A DNA stretch of 64,000 nt, taken from contig JAGIQG010000018.1 of the NCBI GenBank assembly GCA_024679065.1, positions 24,056,001-24,120,000 on the forward strand, read 5' to 3'. Shown here piece by piece: positions 49,346-58,688 of this stretch; position 1 is the first letter of the stretch; every line of letters begins with the position of its first letter. This DNA is from Sphyrna mokarran (lineage: Eukaryota). Under the pieces are notes generated by a model. It was not told where the DNA came from, did no database searches, and saw only the letters and a list, made by a program, of their open reading frames with translations. The position numbers and the translations under genes were made by a program.

Positions 49346-51643
49346 GGGAGAAGGAACTGCCTGAGGACGAGATGGAGGAACTGCACATTTCCCCTAATAG
49401 GAGGTCTGGGAAGGAGATATGGCTGAGGAGGTCTTCAAAGGAGTGGATGTCGGCCATGAGATAATGGCTGTGTCCAGATGAGGCAGTCAAGTATGATAAC
49501 TCATGGAGGGTGATGTGGAGATCCTGTGACGACATTCTGTTATCTTCACATGCCTTCTGTGAGTGTTTCTCTCCAATTTGCCTACTGGCAGAGCACACTC
49601 TATGATAATGCTCCTGTCACAGGGACACAGTGGCTGCCTATAGTCCCTACTCTGCAGAGGACAGTGCATTGATCCTCACAGAGCTTCTGTGAATGTCTGA
49701 TTCCTGTCTAGCTGATACTAGCTTGTTTGCTGTCAGTGACTAGGGTCATATTGTGGTGATGCAGCAGGGCAAGTTTCTCCTCTCCTGAACTTATGGCATT
49801 TTACCTGAGCCATGCTCTCAATGCTCGATACCACTGGAGGCTGAGGCATATGGGTTGGAGGGCCATTCTCACTTCAAAAGGTGTAGTGAGCACACATTGG
49901 AATGAGTGATACTAGCCCTGTATGTCACACAAGCATGACTGATGTATACAGTCACTGTGAAGGGATGTCACAAATGTGCTAGGAGCCTTGCACAAAGCAC
50001 ACGGAGAAAGCCTTGGACTGAACACCCTGCCCTTTTCTTGTACAGAAATGAGGCTTTCAGGTTGGGATTACAGGAACACAGTTCATCAGAACAAGGAGTC
50101 ATAGAAAGGGTACAATTAGTGATAGTTTATTTACAGAGGTGAATGTTTATGTACAAGTGCTTGATATGCATGCCCGTGCTTTTTAATCTTTCTTACTCTA
50201 TTGCTATGTCTTGGTGCATTCCCAACATCCGCAGCAAAAATGGAGGCAGCCTGCTGTCCGCTATGCCCTATTGTTTGTCATCACTTTGGCAAGTATCCTG
50301 CAGAGAGTAGAAGCCTGGAGGGCCTTGGCCTGCTTTCAGGTCCTGCTGTGTGGCACCCTTCTTGACCCATGGAGCTGGAGCTGAAACGATCACAGGAAAA
50401 GAGGATTCTGATGGACAGGATATTCCCAGAGTCACCTGGCTGGATGGCCCCGTGCTGTACACTGCTGATCCTCCTCCTTATAGGAGCTCATGGGCCTCTG
50501 GCTTCCTCCTTGGGATAGAGGGGCAGCTGGTGTGAGCTGGAGAAGCACTGCTGTTCTCTGGGGCTGAGACTTATGTATTCCAGCAAGCCTGCACTATGGA
50601 GTGCATGTCCTGCACCATGGAGTGCATGTGCTGCATTGTTAAGAATATGTTTTGCGCCATGGAGTTTATTCCTGTAGCAGTGCAGGACAAAGGTCTTGCA
50701 CCAACATTTCCACAGCAGCTGCCATCCTAATTGTGTTGCATTGCAGCGTTGACACAATCACATTAGGTCTAAGACAGATGGACTCCCCCTTTCAGTCCTT
50801 AGAGTGTACAAAACATCCTTTCCTGATTTTTCCAAATTTGCCTTTAGAGCTCCAATAGCTGAGGCATGCCTCAGAGGCTTGTCATCTGACTGGGACTCAG
50901 CAGAATTCTGGTCTTCAGCAATCCTCTGAGTGCTGGCACTCAAAGATTTTCTGTCCTTACCTGCTGTGACTCAGAGTGATATGTTCACCAGATTATTACC
51001 TTGAGGCTATTCTAGAACTAAATCTCACTGAGATGCTTGTATCTATCTGGTGAAGGATGCTGTGATGTTTCTTGATATCAGGGTCCATGAAACCCTCCTC
51101 TGCTAGTGTTTGGGTTGGAGCCGAGATCTTAGCTGGTAAACTGCCTCAGCTGCTTTGTTGATGTGCTTATGAAAGAATGGAGTAGTCATTAGTGCATGCA
51201 GGGACCTGTGAAGCAGGGTACATGACTCACAGCGTTGTTGTCTAATGGATGATGCAATGCTGGATTCTCACTTGCTTTATCGCCATCACTTTCACTATCA
51301 GCACAGAAGCAGTTAATGTCATAGAATTCATATAGTACAGAAAGAGGCCATTTGGCCCATCGAGACTGCACCAATAACAATCCCATTCAGGCCCTTTCCA
51401 TGTAACTCCATGTACTCACTCTGCTAGTCACTCTGACACTAAGGGGCAATTCAGCATGACCAATCAACTTAAGCTGCATATCTTTGGAGTGTGGGAGGAA
51501 ACCGGAACACCAGGAGGAAACCCACACAGACACAGGAAGAAAGTACAAACTCCACACAGACAGTTGCCTGAGGCTGGAATTGAAGAACTCAGTAAGAATT
51601 TAGCAACACCAATTTTAAATCCAACCGATTTATTTGATAGTAA

Positions 51644-51684
51644 ATCTGTGAGCTTTCAACACTCTGTGTCTTCGTCAGGCAAAT
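51644..51684 (-). ncRNA. Minimal hammerhead ribozyme motif (left palindrome arm)
   Basis: Minus strand ATTTGC CTGACGA A GACAC AGA GTGTT GAAA GCTC ACAGAT. The core is intact and the first stem-I pair is mismatched. Confidence 0.7.
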
Positions 51685-52462
51685 GCAGTGTTCTGGCCTG
51701 CAATAGCACACATCAGCACAGTCAGAGATTGCTGATTAGAATGCGAATCCTTACATCTAACCTGCTATTCAAGTGTTAAAGTGGCTAACAATGTGTGTGA
51801 AGGGAATCCTGAGCATTGGTTAGAGAATTGTGTATTTTCTCTAGACAGCACAGTAAGTGAGGTTTTTTGCTAACCCAGGCAAGTTACGGGGGTTACAGAT
51901 AGTGTGTCATGAAGCCAAGATCCCTATTAAGACCGTCCTCATGTGTGCGGAACTTGGCTGTCAGTCTCTGCTCAGCGACTCTGCGCTGTCGTGTGTCACA
52001 AAGGCCCCCTTGAAGAACACATTTACCCACAGGTCGGAGGCCGAATGCCCATGACTGCTGAAGTGTGCGCCCACAGGAACATTTCAGCAGTCATGGGCAT
52101 TCGGCCTCCGACCTGCGGGTAAATGTTCTTCAAGGGGGCCTTCGTGACACATGACAGCGCAGAGTCGCTGAGCAGAGACTGACAGCCAAGTTCCGCACAC
52201 ATGAGGACGGTCTTAATAGGGATCTTGGCTTCATGACACACTATCTGTAACCCCCGTAACTTGCCTGGGTTAGCAAAAAACCTCACTTACTGTGCTGTCT
52301 GGAGAAAATAGACAATTCTCTAACCAATGCTCAGGATTCCCTTCACACACATTGTTAGTCACTTTAACACTTGAATAGCAGGTTAGATGTAAGGATTCGC
52401 ATTCTAATCAGCAATCTCTGACTGTCTGTGCTGATGTGTGCTATTGCAGACCAGAACACTGC

Positions 52463-52507
52463 ATTTGCCTGACGAAGACACAGAGAGAGTGTTGAAAGCT
52501 CGCAGAT
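52463..52507 (+). ncRNA. Minimal type-I hammerhead ribozyme with intact core (right palindrome arm)
   Basis: ATTTGC CTGACGA A GACAC AGAGAGA GTGTT GAAA GCTC GCAGAT. Stem I is ATTTGC/GCAGAT, stem II is GACAC/GTGTT, palindromic AGCT replaces stem III, and the predicted cleavage is after C52501. Confidence 0.8.
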
Positions 52508-54184
52508 TTACTATCAAATAAATCGGTTGGATTTAAAATTGGTGTTGCTAAATTCTTACTGAGTTCTTACCACCCCAGTCCAACGCTGGCATCTTTACAT
52601 CACAGCTGGAATTGAACCCAAGTGCCTGGAGTTGTGAGGCAGCAGTGCTATCCACTATGCCAGCCTGGCTAGCTAGTTGACTCTGTGCTTGAAACCTGTG
52701 AGGGTGAGGACCTTGTGTTCTGACATTCCTCTGTCCATCTGGGATCTCTCTACATGAAAACAGATGAAGAAAGTGTAAATAGGACGCATGCCAAGGCAGA
52801 TGATAAGGATGCCTGGCATGTGTGAATGGCACATGGGTCCAATGAGATGATAAGGACACAACCTGCAGGTGAAATTAAGATGTGTGTGGAAGAATGTGTG
52901 GTAATGTTCCTCGAGCTGACATTGAGTGAAATCCATGTGGATGCTTGTGAAAGTGATGAGAAGAATGACTTACCCTGACAGTAAGAGGTCTGGCAACACC
53001 AATTTTCTACATTAGAACAGAGGAGATCATTCATCCTCTTGCGGCACCTCATGGCTATCCTCTTGTGCAGGCTGTTGGCACTCATGCTCACTGTCATTGC
53101 CTCCCATGCTAGATTGATGACTTTGCTGGTTTTCTTCCTGTGTGCAGCTAGTGGACATCATTTTGGGCCTCTACAGCACCCAGGAGACTCTTCAAGAGGT
53201 CCAAAAAGCTCGGGGTAGATTCTTGGCAATTATCTTTTCCCAGTTATCTACAAAATGTGGTTGGTGTACACTGGGGTGGCCTTTAAATGTGGCATCCCAA
53301 TGATTGCAGCTCTGAAGTGACGGAGGGTCGGCAAATCAGAGGCCACCCTGCTGAGATATGGTATGGAACTCGTGGCAGAGAATATTTGGGACTGTGTCAG
53401 GAAAAATCGACATTGCCAGCAGCAGGCTCAACGCTGCTTTTCCCACCCAGCATTGGCCTTTACCAATTTATGGGAACATTTCACCTTTTGAATATTTTTA
53501 AGGCAGAGGTAGATAGATTCTTGATTAACAAGAGGGTGAAAGATTATTGGGAATAGATACGAATGTGGAGTTGAGGTTACAGTCAGTTCAGCCATGATCT
53601 TATTCAATGATGGAGAAGACCCAGAAGGCCAAGGGGCCTATTCCTCATTTGTTTGTTCATATGTATGTATGTTTGCATGTTAATAAGGAAATTCAATGGG
53701 TCCAAGATAGCATCCATAATGAGGAAGCTTGGACATGGACCAAAGAAAGAAATTACTGTATGTACTTTTCTCTCAAGAGGTGTATATTTAGGACAGTAAA
53801 TTTGCAGTGGATGCTGAATGTGAAAACAAAGGTGCTTTAATGAGATGACTGTGTTTGTTTTGACATCCAGAAGGACAAAAGCAAGCTTGAGGATTAAATA
53901 ATTCATTAGATTTCAAATTTAATTTGATTCTGCAGAATTCTTAAATGTGATATTAACTTCCTTCCAAAGCTGAGCTATTAAATGGATTCGGTTACTCTAA
54001 ACCTTACTTTGCTTTCTTGCTTTCACATTTCCAATCCTAACCACACAGGAAATATTTTTAAACCAAGTATTGTGTGACTAACAGATTTTAAAATATGTTC
54101 CCATTCATTTCCCTTAATAGCATTTTCCTTTCTGAGAAAATTCCTGGCCCACATTCTAACATCTCTGTTGTATTTGATGCAATC

Positions 54185-54535
54185 CGGTGAGTAGCACGAA
54201 TCCTTCTGGGTCAGAACATTGTGGATTGACCATAGACATGGAGCACAAAACTTAGGCTGACACTTCAGTTCAGTACTGCATTGTTAAAGATGCTATCTTT
54301 TGGGTGAGAAGTTAAACTGAGGCCCTGCCTGACTTCTCAGGTAGATGTAAAAGATCCCATGATACTATTTGAATTTAGAACAAGGAAGTTTGTGTCCGGA
54401 CTAAACTAACATTTAGTCCTCAGCCAACAACACCAGAATAGATAGTCTTGTTATTTATTTTAGTGCTGTTTGTGGAAGCTTGCTGTGCAAATTGATTGTG
54501 TTTTATACATTACAATAGTGACTACACTTCATATG
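54185..54535 (+). mobile_element. SacSINE1/AmnSINE1-like Deu-domain SINE
   Basis: GTTAAACTGAGGCCCTGCCTGACTTCTCAGGTAGATGTAAAAGATCCCATGATACTATTTGAA and the tail TACATTACAATAGTGACTACACTTCA. Confidence 0.8.
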
Positions 54536-54539
54536 TGTA

Positions 54540-55390
54540 GGATTGCATATATGAAACAGGCCATTCAGTCCAACCATATATTTCATTTGAGCCACCTCGC
54601 ATTCTTCCTCATTGAAATCTGTCACCATAATCCTCTATCTCCTTTCATTCTCCTCTCTTGTCTCCCTTTAAATGCAAATATGTTATTTTCTTCAAATTAT
54701 CCCTGTGGGTAGAGAGATCCACATTCTCTTCATTATTGGGCTAAAGAGGTTTCTTCTGAATTCCCTATTGGATTTTTCGGTAACAGTTTTATTATCTTAT
54801 TGATGGTTTCTAGTTATGCTCATCCCACAGAAGGAAACATTCTCTCATATTTAATTTCAAAACCTTTCGTAATTTTAAAGACCTCTATTTGGTCACTCCT
54901 CAGCCTTTTTTTTCAACAGAGACCTTGGGTAGAATTTCATAGCCTTGCTCGTCCCAAAACCATAAAATCTCACCTGAGGTTAATGGACCTTTCCATGGTC
55001 TGCCCCTCACCTGCTCCAATTCCCATGGAAGATGGAATGGTAAAATTCTGGTCCTAGCCTGTGAACCTTTTGCTAATATATACACTCTCATATCTTTGGT
55101 GTCAGCTTTGCAAATCTTCTCAGCATGCTTTTTAGTCAACGCCTTTATATCTTTCTATATATAACATGGCGATCAGAAATATGTAGCAGCCTAGTTGTGG
55201 CCTGACCAAGATTCAATACATGTTAAGCATAATTTATCTACTTTTCAATTCTGAGTCTTTAGAAATAAAGCCTAGAATTTGGTTTTCGCTTTAATGGCCT
55301 TACTAACAACCAACTTCTACTGATTGGTGTATTGATATCTAAGAGTCATTTGTTCCTCTACCCCACTAGACATGCAACTTCCATTGGCTT
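54540..55390 (-). mobile_element. Old CR1 3' fragments
   Basis: Reverse-complement CR1 ORF2 C-terminus and 3' UTR motifs (AAGAGGTTTCTTCTGAATTCC, TTTTAAAGACCTCTAT). Confidence 0.55.
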
Positions 55391-55424
55391 CATTGCCTTT
55401 AACTTTAACTTAACTTATTAGTGT

Positions 55425-55695
55425 CATAAGTAGCCTTACATTAGCACTGCAATGAAGTTATTGTGAAAATCCCCTTGTTACCACAGTCCAGCACCAGTTT
55501 GGGTACACTGAGGGGGAATGTAGCATGGCCAATGCACCTAACCAGCACATCTTTTAGGCTGTACGGGAAAACCAGAGGAAACCATGCAGACATGAGTAGC
55601 ACGTGCAGACTCCACACAGATAGTGACCCAAACTGGGAATCAAACTGGGGTCTCTGGTGCTGCGAAGCAGCAGTGCTAACCACTGTGTCACCATG
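55425..55695 (-). mobile_element. HE1-like SINE (same tail variant as 317-608)
   Basis: TTACATTAGCACTGCAATGAAGTTA tail and GCAGCAGTGCTAACCACTGTGTCACC head. Confidence 0.85.
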
Positions 55696-56639
55696 ACTGT
55701 AAAGTACTTTTGAGTTGTGTCTCTCCACCTCACCCAGTCTTCTTTGTCACTATTTTATCAACACAATTGTCACAGCTCCTTATCAAGTACACAATTTTCT
55801 TGCACTGTTCTGTCATTTCACTTTGTTGAAGTCAGTGTACAATCTTTGATTTTAATTCATCCATTTCTCTCAAAACTTTTCTACTCTCACCCGGTCAGCT
55901 TTCTCTTTCTCTTTCTCTTGCAATCCCTATAGATTTGACACCAAAGGCTGACCTCACCTGACAAACACATCTTTTCAATGTTTCCTGGAGGCAGTGAAGA
56001 AATCTTTAAACTGGAAGCTGGGATGGAATGGGGTGACAGACAGGGGCCAGTGGAGAAGAGAACTACACAAGTATTGAGACAATTTTGCCAGCAGAGAATA
56101 GATCTGCAAGGAATCATGGATCTTACATTTTACATTGTTGTGCCATGTTTTTTAGGCATGGAATAACAGAATCAAGCAGAAATCTGCATCATATTGTCTA
56201 CATTGATTGGGATTATTTTTAGATGGCTCAGAATAGGAAAAGGCTACTCAGCCATCAATGCTGCCCTATTAGAGCCACTGCATAGTTATTTTATCATAGA
56301 CTTCCAGTATTGCTAGGGCAACTGCTTTCCTGATAGTGCCATTAATATCTCTAAAATCTTTAATCTTCTTTCCCAATTCATCTTGATCCAGGCACTAATT
56401 GACCCTGAATCAAACTCCCTCTCTCTGTGAGTTTGTTCTATGTGTCCACTATCCTGTGGGAGAAAATCATTTCTAAATTTCCAACAAAATTGACATAAGG
56501 CTAGCCCATCTTGCTAATATGTCTTCAAATTCACCATGCACTGTGGTGGACTTCTTTACTGCTTCTTCTTCCAAATCTTTTATTGTGATAAAGACTTTCA
56601 AATAAAAAAGGAAATTGCAAAGCCGCATGGCACTTTATC

Positions 56640-56870
56640 AAGCATACATATCATGCAACAGAGAATAATGCGGCAGGGAACATCATATCAAGCAATAATA
56701 CAGCAGAGAACAATACATTTGACAGAAATACAGCAGGAAGCAATTCATTGGAGAATAGGTTAGACAGGGAATAGTACATATGGGCATAATAGGGTATGGA
56801 ACAGTACATCTGGGAGTAATAACCATGGAATAATAAGACAGGGAGAAATGTACCAGGGAATAACATGAGA
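56640..56870 (+). repeat. Degenerate ~29 bp minisatellite (left part)
   Basis: Recurrent AATACAGCAGGGA...TACATCTGGGAGT. The same unit occurs at 61590-61900. Confidence 0.6.
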
Positions 56871-57399
56871 GAATGGTTGAATTATGATTATATTATGTAT
56901 CTAGTAATTCTGCTTCAGAGACATGAGGTCATCCCTCACACACCCCACAAAAAATAGAAATTTAAATTTAATGAATTAATTTAATCCGGACTAAGAAAAC
57001 TGGTCGCAGGAATGGTTAGCATGAAATAACTGGATTGTTGTAAAAATGCACCTAATTCACTAACAGGCTTGGGAAAGAATTCCATTGCTGTTACTCAGTC
57101 TGGCCGACAAGTGACTCTAATCCACAGCAAACGTGATTGACCCTTAACTGCCTCCATAATTCCCCAGCAAACTACTCAGTTGCATCAAGCTGCCAAGAAA
57201 AGCCCAAAGAAGAATAAAACTAGACAAAGTTCCTTCATCACCCTCGGCAGCAGACACACCAGAGACACGCCAATCCCATTCAACTCTGCAAAGCCCTCCT
57301 CTGGGGACTTGTGCCAAAACTGAGAGAGTTCTCCTGCATACTAGCCAAGCAACAGCCTGACATAACTGAATTCACAAAATCATAACTTTCAGATAATAA

Positions 57400-58636
57400 T
57401 AGCTAGAAGCAGGAGTATGCCATTGGACTCTGACCTGCTGTGCTATTTATTTTGATCATGGCTGATCATCAAATTCAATATCCTGTTCTCACCTGCCCCC
57501 AAAGCCTTTAGCCCCAAGAGTTATATCTAATTTCTTCTTGAAATCAGACAACATTTTGGATTCAACTACTTTCTGTGGTAGTGAATTCAACACATTCGCC
57601 AGCCATTGGGTGAAAAAATTTCTCCTCACCTCAGTTCTAAAAGTTTACCCTTATCATACAGTCATAGTTTACAGCATGGAAACACGCCCTTCAGTCCAAC
57701 TCATCCATACCGCCCTTTTATTAGTCCTAAGCTAATCCCAATTGCCTATATTTGGCCCATATCTCTCTATACCCAGCTTATCCATATAATTATCTAAATG
57801 CTTTTTAAAAGACAAAATTGTACCTCTACTACTACCTCTGGCAGCTCATTCCAGGCATTCACCACCCTCTGTGCGAAAAAATTGCCCCTCTGGACACTTT
57901 TATATCTCTCCTCTTTCACCTTTAGTTTTAAACTCCCCTACCTTTGTGAAAATTTATTGACTACCTAGCTGATCTATGTCCCTCATTATTTTATAGATCT
58001 CGATAAGATCACCCCTCAGCCTCTACACTCTAGAGAAGATAGCCCCAGTGTATCTAGCCTCTCCTTGTAACTCAATCCATCAAGTCCCAGTAGCATCCTA
58101 GTAAATCTTCTTTGCACTCTTTCTTGTTTAATAATTGGCCTTACCAATATCTTGTACAACTTCAACAAGACGTTCCAATCCTGTGTTCAGTGTTCTGAAC
58201 AATGAAATTAAGCATGCTGAATGCCTTCTTCAGCACTCTGTCCATCTGTGACTCCACTTTCAAGGAGCTATGAATATGTACCCCTAAATCTCTTTGTTCT
58301 GTAATTCTCCCCAACGCCCTACCATTAACTGAATAAGTCCTGCCCTGGTTCAGTCTCCCAAAATGCATCACCTCGCATTTGTCTAAATTAAATTCCCTCT
58401 CCTATTCATCAGCCCACTGGTCCAATTGATCAAAATCTTGTTGCAGTTGGAGATAACTTTCTTCACTATCCACAATGCCACCAATCTTGGTGTCATCTGC
58501 AAATTTACTAATCATGCCTCCTATATTCTCATCCAAATTGTTAATATAAATGACAAATAACACTGGCACACCACAGGTCACAGGCTTCCAGTTTGATAAA
58601 CAACCCTTTACAACCACCCTCTGGCTTCTGTCAAGA
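57400..58636 (-). mobile_element. CR1 LINE fragments (two 3' ends plus RT)
   Basis: Minus strand QRVVVKGCLSNWKPVTCGVP...KFADDTKIGGIVDSEE (ORF 58402-58674) and MHFGRLNQGRTYSVNG. Confidence 0.88.
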
Positions 58637-58637
58637 A

Positions 58638-58688
58638 GTGGAGGTGCTGGGGTAAACACAGTAAGAAGTCTCACAACACCAGGTTAAC
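58638..58688 (-). mobile_element. Penelope pLTR terminal fragment
   Basis: The reverse complement GTTAACCTGGTGTTGTGAGACTTCTTACTGTGTTTACCCCAGCACCTCCAC matches 18660-18720. Confidence 0.75.

Larger units (their letters stand above)
51585..52604. mobile_element. Penelope-derived ~1 kb palindrome (two head-to-head pLTR/ORF-end copies) with a 12-bp TSD
   Basis: Arms 51583-52066 and 52079-52568 are reverse complements (mirror ORFs 51857-52054 + and 52023-52286 -). The tail 52569-52602 is on the right arm only. TSD GCTGGAATTGAA at 51573-51584 and 52605-52616. Confidence 0.96.
51320..52664 (-). mobile_element. HE1-like SINE split by the Penelope palindrome
   Basis: The SINE body 51320-51584 stops at GCTGGAATTGAA and resumes at 52605 with GCTGGAATTGAACCC...GTGAGGCAGCAGTGCTA. 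Confidence 0.9.
48696..53485 (-). mobile_element. Harbinger remnant with a Myb/SANT-like ORF on the - strand
   Basis: Minus strand TPSFLDLLKSLLGAVEAQ (~53165-53220) and VSMSANSLHKRIAMRCRKRMNDLL (ORF 52750-53097). 50100-50350 resembles 8840-9100 and 33150-33350. It interrupts the CR1 cleanly. Confidence 0.7.
44800..53672 (+). mobile_element. Near full-length degenerate CR1 LINE (ORF1, EN, RT, 3' UTR), split by a Harbinger at ~48696-53485
   Basis: ORF1 MTRKVMCYVCSMWEFL...VIELEAEL (~44926), EN MAITETLLQ, and RT LDFQKAFDK. The sequence breaks at GTAGAAGCAGAG (~48692) and resumes collinearly at TTTGAATATTTTTAAGGCAGAGG (~53487). Confidence 0.88.

Noticed and set aside
51857-52286. Two near-identical ORFs on opposite strands as a duplicated gene
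   Set aside because: They are antisense readings of the Penelope palindrome arms.
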